Shown in pieces: positions 15,401 through 30,400 of a stretch of DNA of 64,000 bases. The stretch's first letter is position 1. Every line of letters starts with the position of its first letter. Below the pieces are notes generated by a model that worked only from the letters and a program-made list of their open reading frames with translations, searched no databases and was not told where the DNA came from. Both the position numbers and the translations under genes were made by a program. This DNA is from Carcharhinus amblyrhynchos (lineage: Eukaryota): NCBI GenBank assembly GCA_965287045.1, contig OZ336885.1, positions 61,256,001 through 61,320,000 of the forward strand, in the 5' to 3' direction.

Positions 15401-18400
15401 AACTGAGGATGGCATTGGAAGTCATGGCGAAATGCTGAACTTTGATTGGGCAAGGCAAGGCCGAATGTGTTGTGTGGGAAAACATCAATTTATCTGCTAA
15501 CCACATTCTGCATATACGTAGATACTTATTATGTGTACCAGTACATGGTCCAAAAACCGTGGAATTTTGAGTGGACATTTCCACTCCTCAGCCATCCCAG
15601 CTCTGGCCATGTGATTCCGAAAATTTGAAAGCTTACTGGGCTAGTTCCTGACCATTTTTGGACCCAGCAGGGTGCCCACAATAGCCGCTTATGCACAAAT
15701 ATTCAACCAGCATGATTGAACATAGACAACCACATTACTTCATTTTTACAGGTAACTGTTAAACCACTGGATTTTTTTAATTGTGTTTGAACAGATTTTT
15801 TCCCCAGCTGATGGCCGACGGATTTTTTTTCCATGATAAACCAACATCTGCTACAACTGTTGTGCATTTGTTACATTTTGCAGGTGTATGAAGCAAACAA
15901 CGCAGTGGAAGTCATCCTGTTGAGTGAAATAACTTAAAGAGAGCTTTGTATTAGAAGCAAACTGTGTTGTGAATTTTGTGGGACATGCCATAGAATGAAA
16001 AGCTTGATTTCCCTCTTTGATTTGCAGAACAAGTGATCACAACAACAACAACAACAAAACTTTGTCTGCAAATCTGAAAGAACAAATATGTCACATCCCA
16101 TCTGACACCAACAGTCTTGGAATTTTTTTATTGAAAAGCGCTATGTGTACGCTTCTCTAATAAACCAACACGTTGTTTGCTAAGGGGAATGCCAAATCAA
16201 ATCCAAAATTGAGTAATTGGTGAGACTAAAGTAGATTTGGAATGGTTAGGATCATATTGAACAATGAAGACTAGATCGTCGAGTTGAACTTTTCGTTCCG
16301 TCTGCCTTCAGCTTATTTTGCAAATTTCACAAAATAATGCAGCCGTCTGTGTATCAGCCCATTCAGCTCCCGATATATATATATATTATATATATATATG
16401 TAACCCCTGACTTGTTAACTAACTTAAGTTCTTCAACATTTTTACAAGTCGTGAATTAGCCCATATTTTAAAAAAAATCCCATGCCGTCCTATGTTTTCG
16501 GCCGCTGCACTCATTCTTTTTGTACTTGTCGAAACTCAAAACACGACAGTAGTTCGGTTATGGTATTAGCTTCATAAACAGGCTTTCTGCATTCCCGATG
16601 CGTAGTTATTTACATACAATCATTGACAAATACATACCATTGCTTTGAGCCATCAATCGTTCTTCTATAAGAAAGAACATTAACGACAATAGATAACATA
16701 CGTAAGATATATGTGTAAGGGTCAATGTGTAGAAGCATCTAACGACATAGACGATGCATATATTGGTCAAACGTCAACATGTCAGAACATTAGGGAGATT
16801 CTGCTTGAGGCCCTATGATACTGAAAATAAAAATCAATCAATAAACTACTGTGCACACTGATTTTATGCTAGGTCTATCAGAGAATGCTTTAAGGAATTG
16901 ACCATTGTGTAATTTTGTTGCAAGGTTGATGCGATCAGAAACATAGAGGAATGGTTCAGGAGGCTGCCATTTGACCTTTCGAATCTGTTCCGCCATTCGA
17001 ACTTTGGCTGATCATTAACTCAATAGCCTAACCCTGCTGTTTACCTCCATAAACTTTGATTCCATTATTTTATTAAGTAACATAGATTATGCCCTTCGTT
17101 TTTGAGTGGTTGGCTAATCGCAATAAGAGATTAACTGTAATTGATGTTCGTGTTTCTATTGCTTTGAGAATGACTTTGCCATAATGCACTTAAGTGCAAT
17201 TTGAGCCAGGCACTTCCGTAATGGCACTCCCTGACGTAAAGAATGATATATCTGATGCTAGTTGGAATAATTAATTTCCCGTGTCAGCACCAACAGTATT
17301 AATTCTATCATGAATGCACAGCACCATTTCTCTTATGAGCACGGTAAACTGATAAGAAATACATTAAAAATGATGCCTCGATGTTCGGTCTTCTGTGATA
17401 TAAAACAAATATTTCTCCCTCAAATTAGAGTGAATTGGCCTCAATGGCCAAATCATGTTCAATGATTTTACATACATATGCATGTTTCCAAAATTGAGCA
17501 TTCTACGTTGTTTTGGCTTGCAACATATTCGGTAAAACCGATAACAACATATACAGTTTTGCAAATATTCCAATGTTTTTGTAATTATTAAGGACGCATG
17601 GCAGAGTCTAATGATAAGAAAATGGCCGAGGTACTCCTGAAACAAACAAAAAAAATCATTGTTTCCTTGATTGATTGAAGGAGATTGGAACATTTCTGTC
17701 AGAGTACATGATTGTGCGTCTCACGAGTCGCTTTGAGAGCCGGACTGCATGCCGGAGAGGAAACCCCACTTCTTCGTCAATTGTGTATGCTTTACCCTGA
17801 CACAGTTGGCTTGAATCAGAGAATTGAGGGGCCCACAATTCCGTTTGAATCTATATGGTCTTGCTGCAGTCTCGAGATTAGGGTGACTTTGCTTAAAAGA
17901 TGACACTATTTGCACAGATGAAAAAACAATGTGTAAGTTGGCAACTGATCTTGATGCAAAAGAACAAGTGTCAGCGAGAAAGTTGTGCAACCGATAAGTG
18001 AAAAAGTGCACTCACTTTGCAATATTTGAAGCATTGCATGTATTAACTTTATTATTTTGTTCACTTGCAATTGAAATGTAACGCTTATCTTGTGAAGATG
18101 TTAAGCAAGCACCAAAACGTAACGTTGTTTGATTTGATATGGCTTTCGTGTACACTCTTGAACATCACATTTCAGAAGTATTTCTAAAAGGCCTTTAAGA
18201 TGGAATTTATTTTAACGATGACTGGAATTAATATGTTCGGTTCCATCGATTAAAGCAGAAGGTTGAACACTTTTTTTTCCCAAAAAGTGAAAGTTTCAGG
18301 GATGTTTTAGAATAATTTTAAAGTCATGGGCAGTAACTGAAAATGCACTCTTGAGATATGTCTGAGAAAACATGATGGATCATTTTTTTCGAACTGTTTT

Positions 18401-21400
18401 CCTCATTCGAAAAACCCGATGATATGGAAAATTTAGAACTCGCAAGGTCTGGTAGGACAATGTTACATATGTATATGGAAGTTGCGACGTGTTGTAGGTC
18501 CATACAACGGAATGTGATATCCAATCATCTTGCATCCACTTGCAACTGAGCCAACGCCTTGCTGCACGATGTCCATGCAGTACGTACCGTACCACAACAA
18601 TTACTTCCTAAAATGATACACGCACAATCAGCTTCCACTAATTATAGCGAAGATTGGAACTGGAGCAGCGACAGACCAAAAGAGAGCACCGAGATGATCG
18701 CCCGTGATTTCAGGCGTTACTACGTTTACAGTGCTATGCTACGCGAGACACAACAGGTAGGGGAACGCTAGCTGAAGGAACATCATGCTGTTTGCAACTA
18801 CTTTTGGGATATTGAATCAAAATAAGACCTTAATCACATCTAGGTTCCCTGCATCTATGTTGCCATCTAAAGGACTTAGGTAGTGGAGTAATCCATTGCC
18901 TCATAACGCTTCATCTCATCTTACCCAGTAATACATCCTTTTATAAGTGCAACACCTGTCCAGTCAACTGGAAATTCTTTGTCCAATAATGAAGGAAAAT
19001 CATTCATAATAAACCAATGCTTTATAACCACAGAGAGCTGCAAACGGGAGCTAATAATGACAATGAGAGGAACAAGTAACAACCCAGCCACCCGTTCCGC
19101 CGCCTACCGTTGACAAGGAGTGTTGGGTGCAAATTAAACAATAAACAATAACATCTGAGCAGCACCTTAAATAATAACAACCTCCATGTGCGTCAAGGCG
19201 TGTCGTACACGATGCCGAGCGGCTGCCGAATGAGCGGAACATATATTAATAATACATTCATGATTCAAGGCAATTTATGGATTTAAGTACCTTCAATTCA
19301 AATGTGGAAATGAAAACTCATAAAGGGCATATGTTTGCAATAGCATCACCTTTGCCTTTTTTAACACATCTGAACTACCCTGAAATCTACCATTATTCCA
19401 AAACGGCAACGAAGCACATTCCCTGTTGTTCATTATTCCGGCTTTCTGCAACTGCGTTGGCATTATATTCCAAAATCTGTCACAACTGTGCCTTTTTCAC
19501 TTACCTTCACGATATTGACAGTCTCATTGACGGTTAGCCTAACTTCCTTTACAGAAAAATCGCGTAGTTACAAATATAATTCAATGCAGATACTCTGCTT
19601 CATTTGACTCTTCCTTCGTGCAATAGTCATGTTGTATAGTGTGTTGATCGCTATCATGATCCGTCTTCCAATCACGAGCCGCAAATCAGATATACATTTG
19701 ATGTATTTTGTACATATCTGTGTGCGTTTGTTTGCGAATGCGTGTTTGTGTGTAATAGTATTAATCCCTACAAAGCGAACGAGAAGAAAATGCTTATTTG
19801 TAACAGTTACCTTTAGTTTCAAGTTGGTTTTTCAAATATTGCATTTCTGTGGCATACAATTGATTGAAAATCATTGATTATTGAAGCAGTGTTTCATTTA
19901 AATTAGACAATATTCACTGCAGGCAATATTTCCGTACAACAACAAATCGGCTGGGATATTTTCTTTCCAATGGCCTTTAGAGTAAATAGTGAAGAGTTCC
20001 GTAGGGGGCGGAGGGGGTGGGGGCGTGATGATGGGTGTGTAGTGTTTAAACGAACTGTCTTAACTATCAGGCGATGTGAAAACGAGATTCCTGGAAGCCA
20101 GATGTTGAGGTATGATCGTACTCGGCTTGCGCCAGTAATGCAATGGGGTTTCAACCAGGCAATAATGGAAACTTCGTTGAAGACATTCCAATACCATCGG
20201 CGCCCAATGATTCTGTCAAATGCGGATTTTGCCGGTATCCGAGATACCGTTCAATAGGCAGTGTTTACAGGATTACAACAGACCTGGATCAACGTAAACA
20301 AAGAACTTAGGATTGTTCAGCACCAAAATTGATGTTTCAGCTCGCAATGTCTTGTAGAACAGGACGCCAAATTAAACTATTCCCCTCCGTCTTCTGCTTG
20401 TTCATATTTGTCTACTACTTCTTCTTATGCACGTGCTTATTTAAACGTCTTTTAAACGCCCCTCACTTATCTCCACATACCACCGAACCCGATCCAGGTC
20501 CCTATTGCACTGTGCAAAATAACTTGCCCTTCACATCTCTTTTGATTATTTCTCTCTCTCTCTCTCTCTCTCACTTTCATCAATGTCCCATTAAAGATTT
20601 TGACTGTCAACCCTATGCACGCCTATCATAATTGCATAGACTAATGTCAAGCTTTCCTTCAGCCTCCACCAATCAAGAGAAAACAGCCTTAGTTTGCCCT
20701 ACTCTTTTATGTAACCCATACCGTCTACACCAATGAGTATTCTAGTGAACATATTCTGCACCCACTTCGTAGCCTTCACATTCATCCTGCAATGTGGTGA
20801 TAAGAATTGATTGAACACTCCTAAAGGTCAAATCAAAATGTTGTAAAGTTACAACATGACATTCGAACCCTTGCACTCAAAGCTGCGAACAATTAATGCA
20901 ATCATGGCGTTTGCCTTCTTTACTAACCGAAATTATGCCCATTCATGAGTGACTCTGACTTCCATTACTAGAGAAGATAATGGTTTAACTTTACACATGA
21001 ATGTACACTCACATGTGTCTTAATTACCTTCTCTCACTAGTCACACTTTTGTTTAGGCTCACCTTCATTTTTGAGCACATCTTGCCTCCAAAAGTATTAT
21101 GTAGATGAATCAACGTTCAGTGATACTCTGCCTCGTTTTTATTTTGTTGCCTTCATCAAATCGTTCACGCATGCATTCAGTCTCCCCGTCCTCTGTGAGA
21201 ATTCTCCACTGATTGCGAAGTAATCATTGTATGGCCACTCTTTATGCCACTCGCTTAGAAGAATGATATATTTCATTTTCCTCTGACCTTTTCCCTGATG
21301 GATTTTCCTGTTCAGTAGATCATCGTCAGTTGTTTTCAACGTTGGCATTTTCATGCAACCATCATCAGTCCTTTACCATTTATCAGCATTCATCATTTTG

Positions 21401-24400
21401 CGTGAATGTTTTCCTTAATAAGCTCCTGACTCACTCTTCATTTCAGTATTTTTGTCTTCTTCACGAATTTTGCAGCTCATTTTCCATGCAACATAAGGAG
21501 AACACCTATACTTTAAATGCTCATGTATCACGAGCTGAGACCCCACAATTATTTCTAATGAAACTTTGTCTTACTGTTATATCCTGTTGTCACATATTTT
21601 GCATTTGCTGTGAAAAGTGGTGACTATTCGGTTTAGAAAAAAAAATGATTATGAGGCCATTTTAGGGACAAGCAGATATATTCAAAGCATATTGCAATGA
21701 ACTTCTTATCGCTTCCAGTAGTAGTTCGCCACCGTGATCACATTTTTTGTTCTCTCTTGCTTGCCCCACGACATTGTTCCGACGGATTCCATTTAAGTCC
21801 AGGTAGGTTATCTCTTCTCTCAACTCCACACCATACAAAATTAGCAAATTAAAACTGAATTCTTCAATTTCAGATCACGCGAGCGTCTTCCAGCTTGCTT
21901 TTTTGTTGATGTTTCATTTACAGTTGTAATGTTGCTTTCTATTCATGCAACATTCAGCCAGCAACGAAATGAACATTCGAATCATGATGTATTATGTTTT
22001 GAAAAGACTGCCCGTTCCATTTTCACAAATGTCGAGCACGTTTCAGGCTCTATAGTAATGACAAAGGACACAATGTTATCACTTACAGATTGAATATATT
22101 CCTGCTACTTGGAATTTAGCACAGGAGAGGAAACTGATGAATATATATATATATATATATATATGTGCATTAAAACCAATACCTTTGATCATTTCGCTTA
22201 ACTGTTCATCTATTGGAAAATGCAATAATAAGTTCATGACAAAATCATATTTATAAATAATTCTTTTTGAAATAATGTTCATTTCTCATTGACAGTTTTT
22301 GTTATCGATATATATGAATATGACATTATCATTAATTAATTCCAGTTATCTTCTGCACTTACATTTTAACATTAATACTACACCCATGAAGAATAGGAAT
22401 ACGTATGTCGAATTTGTCAGCATACGCTATTTTGACATCTAATCATCATTGCAAGTTTAAATTTGAATAAATAATAGTAATGTTGCAAGTTCTGTTCCCA
22501 ATAAATTTACAACAATAAAAATAAAATTTCAATCTACAGCGACTGCAATTTTAAATCAAACTGACGTTGTCATTGCAGTCCTGCAAGCAAGATGACTGCT
22601 GCTTTATCTTTAAATAGCATGATGGAACCTAGTCCACTGCTATCCATAAGTGACTAACAGCGTCCAAAACACTATTTGAATTGAACTTGTATTCGAAAAA
22701 GAAATACTTCAATGAGTTGAAAACATGCAAATCAATCTGACAGTCATTAGCAGCGATCGCTTTGATGGCTCGAGACATTTATTTTCTTATATATTTAAGA
22801 ATGTAATTATTTATCGTAATAAAAAAAACTAATTAACTTCTGCACTTAGGTTTTATATTATTATCTAAATCAATGAAGCATATATCTGTCATCGAATTTG
22901 TTACCATTACAGATTTTAAGAGAATTTAAAATTTGAATTAAGAATAATCATATGACAAATTCTACTAACTACCAAAATCGTAACAAATATAATAATATGT
23001 CGTTCATTGTGGGGGCATAGACACTTATCAGGGTGGCTTGACTTCTGTTCTGTAGCCGAAGCTGCAATGTCATATGCCGGTCGTTCACACCCTTAGGTAG
23101 ACTAGCAAGTTTCCGAGCAAGGTGACTCCTGACGGCGAATCCAATTTCCAGCATCACGACGCTCATCGCTGCCGCGACCGCTCCAGAAAAAAAGTGTATC
23201 CACCTCCAGTTTCAGCCAACTGACTTACGTTGGCAAGACGAGTTTCACTCAAGGCTGCAATGTCAATGTTGCATCTTGCGAGCTCTCTTGCAACTAAGGC
23301 TGTTCTTCTCTCTGGTCTGTCTGCTGTAGGGTGTCCAATAGAGTGCGCACGTTCCACGTGCCAATGGTGAGTGGTGTCACCTGGTGATTTATTTTGTTTA
23401 TTCGACCTCAAGATCGGATCCCCGTCAGCCGCGGTAAACTGGCCAGTGTGTAGTGAAATAGACAATGTTTAGGGCACTTTTTCTGGCCCCTTCCTCATTC
23501 TACGGAGGTGAGCAGTACGTTCCTGAAGGGGAACGCTCAGTCGCTTCGGTAGACGCCGAGTTTCAGTGCTGCTTCGGTCAGCAGAAAATGGCCATTCGAC
23601 CTGAGCCGCCTGTGTGGAAGTGCATGACTACAGCTCCCAGTTCTTATCCACGGCAATACTCGGGCACGCTCCAATCCTTTACTTTTATTGGATAAAACAA
23701 TTTTGCACAGATGACCTGAGATACCAATTCACGAGACGTAATCCTTAGTGGAATTCCTTATGGACGTAAAGGGCAGAGATAATAAATCAGATCTGTTAAT
23801 GCGGAATGGGATGTCAATTGTTTAAAATGTTAGCAAAAATACAGACAACATCGACAATAACATGCAACTTCGATTTTCATTGCGAAGGTAAAGGCAGCGT
23901 ATGGATCTAGTGTTTCAAGTCAAAAAGTTGGTAAACGTAGAATGAAACGTATTTGAAAGGGAAACTATGACAGATATTTTGGCAGACAATTGATGTTTTC
24001 GCCGCACAACAAAAATACCCTTTTTTAATTTTTTTTTTATTTACGCATAGAAAACTGTGCTAGCTAAATATGCAATCAATCTGAAATATAACTTGTTTCC
24101 CAATAACATGAAGATGAGCTGTTGATCATAAAACGTTTCAAAGAAAAAAACGTGTTTTATACTGAGACAAAGCATACAGTTGTGTAACAGGCAGTTAAGT
24201 GTCCTTCAAATACAGACATCAATGAACATGTAGTCAAAAGAATTGTTCTTCCCACAAATACAAATATCAGAAATGGGAAGTACGCAGTCTATGTAATGAA
24301 TTGGACACGTGTAATCACAACAAAGGACATTCAATTGGTTTCGTTTGCATAAAACAAGAGCAGAAATGAATAATTAAAAAAAATGCAAAATTAGTCAAGA

Positions 24401-27400
24401 TAATAGTTAATAATACAATTGAAAAAATATCAGGAAAAAAAAAATTGAGACGCTCCTTGTCCGTCCGAAGTTATGGCATATGCCCTGGAAACACAACACA
24501 GCTTCGCAGTCCAAAGATGTTGCCGGACTTTTGATTTTATTCAGCTTCTGTCTTTCTAATCTTGACCCTAGTGGATGGCATCTACGGTATTTAATAACTT
24601 TCTGTAGAAATAATGAATGTCTGAATTGTAATCTTCTAAAGTTTTCTCAAGAATTTGAAGTTAGCCACGGATTTGAAAGCAACAACTCTAATGTAATATA
24701 TTGCAAGGCAAATTATGTACCAACTTTGATAGGTCGACTGCAGCTTTATAAGTACTTCGATAGACAACATCTGTCATATTGTAAAATGCTTTTGCATGTT
24801 TACTCCACAAGATCTGTGAAAATGCGTGCTATTTCATCTGTCACAGTGCTCAGCAGATCTGAGGGAAAACTTGAAATTCAGTATTTTGTGGTGTACTTAT
24901 TTGGAATAATGCGGGAAATTAAGAATAATCGTATATTGTACCAACCAATCGCTCTGTAAGCAATTAATACGATCATTTATTATAGCAATATAAATGAGTA
25001 CCATGCACGAATGTCTAATGTAACTATGACACTTAAGTATATTAGTAACTGGATTCGATGTTTTATCTGTATTTATTTTTGCTTCCCTTTAAAATGACTG
25101 CATTCGATAGACACAATGAACAAACAAATAAAAACAACAGCGCAGGAAAAAGCCCCCGAAGCATGTGATGATCATGATGCCTGAACTAAAACAAAGCTAT
25201 TCCCTTATACTATCAGCATCTCTCAATTTGTTCCTTATTAATGTGCCCATTAAGATGACGCTTAAATGTTACTGTTGTGTCTGCTTCCACCACTTCATCT
25301 GGCAGGTGTTTCAAGACACCACCCCCTCCCCCACTCTCTGGGTGAGAATTTTCTCCCACACATCTCCTTTGGACTGCCCCCCTCAGTCTGAACTTGTGCC
25401 ACTTGTAATTGATCGTTCCACCTCTGGAAAAATTATTTGATTTTCCACTCTACCTATGCCTCTCATAATTCTGTAGACCACTATTTAGTTTCCCAACAGT
25501 CTCCATCTTTTTTTTAGTGACAGCAACCCTAATTTATTGAATCTCTCCCGATAACCAACACCCTCGAGATATGGCTACATCCTTGTGAACTTTGGCTGCA
25601 CTGTCATCAAAGCTTCTACTCCCTCCGGTAGTGTGGTGACCAAAAATGAACGCAATGTTGCAAACGTGCTCACATAAATATTTTATATAGCTGCAACATG
25701 ATTTTCCAACCCTCTACTAAATGCCTCGGCTCATGAAGGCAATCATGCCATATGCCTCCTTCTTCACCCTAGGCGCATGTTTTGCCAAATTTAGACAACT
25801 GTGGACATATGTACCCATATTCCTCTGGATGTTAATGTTGCACTAAAATTCATAATTAACTTTGATCCTCCGAAATGTTTCACCTTGCATTTGTGAGGAT
25901 TAACCTCCGTCTGCTATTTCTAAGCCCAAGTCTCCAAGTCTCCTACAATCTCTGTCAAACCCTGACAATCCTCCGCACTACCAGCATATCCGCCAATCGT
26001 TGTGTCATCCGCAAATTTACTGATCTGATCTCCCACATTTGCCTCCACGTAACTTAAATACTGTACAAATGACAGAGGTCCCATCACCGATCCCTGTGGA
26101 ACACCACTGAGTATTGATCTTCATTCAGAATAAAAAAAATCCTTCCACCGCTACTCTCGGTCTTCTATGACGAAACCACTTCAGTATCCATCTTGATAGT
26201 ATTCCCCGAAAGCCACGGAAAAAGAAAATATATTCTTAAAAAAAAATCCGATTTTTTAGCTGTATAGCTCATGTCCACCGAAGGCTACCACACAATCCAG
26301 CTTTCAATACCAAATCTGGGAAAACGATTTGTCCTGTGCATTTTATAGAAATATGTTTGCAGGCTGCAATATCTATAAATGCTCTTTGGATAATCCGTTC
26401 CTGGGCCTGATAATAAATGATGCTAGCCTCTATGAAGATTAGATACATTTGGATAGTCTGACTGTTGGATGGTAAACAAGCCCAATCCTCCAATCAGGCC
26501 ATTATCTGTTATACTGTTCAGAATTATTGTTATTCTAGCCTACATATTAGGTTGTCTGTACCTCTTAACATTAATGTCTTTGAAATTAATGGAATATGCA
26601 CTTACACCGGTTATCTGGTACATAATTTTCTGACATTGCTGGTGGCTCTCAATTTTTTTTTCTAGCCACCTACTACTACTTGTGCTGTGCAAATTACACC
26701 TCGTTTATATTCCAGACGCCTGCTATTCCTGTTACATGTCTGCTATGCTGGTTTGATCTCAGGATCAGCTTTAACCTCGTTAGCCTTCCAAATTCCTAGG
26801 GATAGATAATTGAATTTAAATTTTCCTGACAGTTTTGAGTGAAGGACTCCTAAGAAGAAATTGATGTCTTCCAGAGAAATTTCGAGCTGGCAAATCCGAG
26901 ATCCATTGTCGTAAAATGACAAGTGCCGAAATTATGTTGAATCATATAGACACAAAAGAAAAAATACTGTGGATGTTGGAATCTGAGAAAGAACAGGAAA
27001 TGTTGCAAAATCCCAACAGTTCCTGTATGGACATGTATGGAGACAGAAAATAGAGCCAAAGTTCCGAATCGATTGCACCCTTCTTCAGCGTTTGTTTCAC
27101 GGAACATCAATGTACGAAAATCGTGGTAAAAGCGAATCAACGCCACTAAAAAAAAATCTTATTTCAAATAGGGACAGAAAGCGTCAAATATTCAAGCCGA
27201 GTATTGGAGCATTTAAAACCATCATATTTAGCTTGCAGTCCAAATATGTGTGGAACTACAGTCATTTCATGTTATGACCGTGCCTCGCACAATTTGCGTG
27301 TGACCGATATCATGAGCTCTTGACCTACTCAGAATCCTAGAGATTATATGATGGCATTGAGCAGAGAATTACAAAAAAAAATCAACTTATGGAATCGAAA

Positions 27401-30400
27401 CATTTGCCGCCAGTTGAATCTAAAATGTTCAAGAGTTTAACTTGTACTATTGGTAATCCACAGTTCCGTGTCATGGCTGATGCTGTGCATGCGTTTTCAA
27501 CCAACGGCAGTGCAGAACGTGAACGCCAAAACAATGATCTTTCCTTTTTTTTTGTGGAATGTGACTTCACTGGCGAAAAGCAAACAGTTCTTCAAAACTA
27601 GCTGTGTACGCGTCTTCTGAATTTCTACAGCATCAAAATAAGCAGGATCCCAACTCAAATCTTTCCCATTTGCCTTCCTTCCCAAAATCCATTGACCTGC
27701 GTCCACGGCCTGCTCCAATGTTTCAATCTAGTGCATTCTATTTGAATATATTTATTCCGATTCAGAAATTCTAAAGTGATCTGTCCGACTCAATGCCGAT
27801 TGCGAAAGCCTGAGAGCGTGCTATTTGTTTATTTAATTTATGCCCATCCTTTTTTCCAGTCAACCACAATATATTTCTGGCGAACCGAATTTGCTCACAC
27901 CTTGAACAGTTTCTCATTCAACTATTCATATTGACTTATATAGTCGACGAACATATTTGTGCTTATTGGATCTGCGGAGCGAACCTGAGGACATTCAGAT
28001 TCAATTCATTCCGGTAAAATTCCTAGCCGATTGAACAGCAGTTTGCATTCATACAACACTCGTCCTGAGACGAAAAATTTCATCTTCATACCTTGCGAAC
28101 ATTCCCAGTGTTTCTTGTTTAATGATCGATACATGTCCCTTCGATTTCCCTCCTAAGCATAATTCTTCCATTACTGGAGGTAAATTAATACTGACGACAT
28201 GCCGACGGGCTGCCGCAACTATCATGCATCACTTTTCTCACAAGTTTCATTTGTTACGCTGTGCTTTATTTCCCAGCCCATCTACGCCTCCAGAAGTTAT
28301 TCAGAAGTGTCAATTTTTAATTTCTGATATATTTTGTTGTCCACACCCGAGCTTTTCCCGACTCATTCAGTTCCACAAACCTTACTTGCGCCAATCATTT
28401 TCTTTTGGCCCTTCTTATTTAGTCAATTACTCACATTCTTATCCATCATCTCCATTTCAATGTGACCAGCAAACATAATATAAATCCAGCCATAATTTAT
28501 CCTCGTGCAGGGATTTTTTTTTAATACGACCGTGGACCACTCTTAATTACACCAATTCGGCAATGCTAAATGTTGTTCATGACAAATGAAAAGAATCAAC
28601 ATGTGTTCTTTTTCTACTTAATTCTTACCAGGCAAGACGGCCAAAAGTCTAGCCACTGAAACTGTTAAGCTGTTTTGATATCCAAGTGTTTTGGTTTTAT
28701 TGCTGAGGATGAAGACTTCCCTTTTTTGTAGAGTGCAACTATGACCTTGAGCTGTTTGCGTGGGGCAACTTAGTGCAGAACTTAAGCAGGACCACGATCT
28801 GCTATCACCACCAGTATCATTTCTTCACAGTGCTATTGCTATGTGTTTTCTTTCTCTCCATGGCATTCCACATTGCTCCAAAGGAGCTATACACAAATTC
28901 ATGAAGAGTAACTCCGATTTCGACTCTACAGAATGCAAACCTCTGAAATGAACAACGAATCCGTCAATTTAAAATTGAGCAATCTTCTTTCAACTATGGT
29001 TTTCTTTGCTCTTTCATTTTTGTTCTATTCATTAACTCTTCATACAGTATTCAGCAGGCAAGAACATCGCCATTCTAATATCAATAGTTCATGGCTACAA
29101 AATCTCGTTAATGGCTAAATCTGCGTACATTCATGGCCAACACATTTTAGTTTGTACAGTAAAAGCACAAAAACAAAACAGTATTGTCATGCTCAGATTA
29201 GATGTATTCCAGCAACTCGGAAGCAAACTCAGGAAACAAAATGCCAATACCTTTGAATGAACTATTCATTTTCTCACCTATACATTTTTTAAAAAAAACA
29301 TAAATAATTCTGTCAGAAATCATGTTAAGGTTTTTTTGCACATGATGCGTACAAGACAGCTATAATAATCCATATTTGTTCAGGATACCGAATTATAATT
29401 ATCTTATACAATTATATTTTGTAACGATTATAACAACACAATTGAATAAGAAAAAAAACACTTCGCATGACAATTAAAACAATATTATGTTTGAACTAAA
29501 AACAGCGTAACAAATACCACTGCCAATAATAATGCCACAAACCACAATGAAAATTCATTCAAGCGTGACTGCGCCGCTTAATCGGGCCGGTATGGCGGCA
29601 CAGTGATAAACACTGCTGCCTCACAGCGCCAAGGACATGGGTACCTTCCTATCTTCAGTCACTGTCTGTGTGGAGTTTGCACGTTCTCCCCTTGACTGTG
29701 TGGGTTTGCTCCGGCTGCTCCGGTTTCCTCACACAGCCCAAAGATACAGTTGGGATTAGCTTAGATTTAAAAAAAAATAAGGGCGGCATTGATAAGTTGA
29801 GCTGAAGGGCCTGCTTCCAAGCTGTAAACCTCTATGTGTAGTATAGGTGGATTGAAAATAAGAACATAAGAAATTGGAGCAGGAGTAGGCCATCTAGCCC
29901 TCCGAGCCTGCCCCGCAATTCAATAAGATCCTGGCTGATCTGTCGTGGCTCAGTTCCACTTTCCCGCCCTATCCCCATAACCCTTAATCCCCTCGCTTAT
30001 CAAAAACCCATCAACCCGCGTCTTATTTAGCGAGGCAGCCTCCACCACTTCAACGGGCGGAGAATTCCAGATTCACCACCATTTGAGTGAAGAAGTTCCT
30101 CGTCAACTCCGTTCTCAACCGCCCCCCCCCCCTTTATCTTGAGGCTGTGCCCCCGAGTCCTATTGTCCTTTCTGAGCGGGAAGAGTCTCTCCACCTCTAT
30201 CCTATCCATTCCATTCGCCATCTTATTTGTCTCAATGAGATCTCCCCTCATTCTTCTAAACTCTAACGAGTACAAGCCTAGTTTATTCAGCCTCTCCTCA
30301 AAGCTCAACCCCCTCAACTCCGGCATCAGCCTAGTAAACCTCCTCTGCACTCCCTCCAAGGCCAAAATATCCTTGCGTAAGTGCGTCGACCAAAACTGCA

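Noticed and set aside
15044-15750. Coding-looking tract with several overlapping short ORFs
   Set aside because: No recognisable protein in any frame; stops in all frames
17476-17502. 27-nt AG..GT segment
   Set aside because: No polypyrimidine tract, and it ends in T, which would create TAA with the next exon
21575-21607. 33-nt phase-1 exon candidate (xNAKYVTTGYN)
   Set aside because: Off-size, would break heptad register, and lies among decayed LINE sequence; not excluded without RNA data
24045-24080. 36-nt AG..GT segment
   Set aside because: Immediate TGA in phase 1
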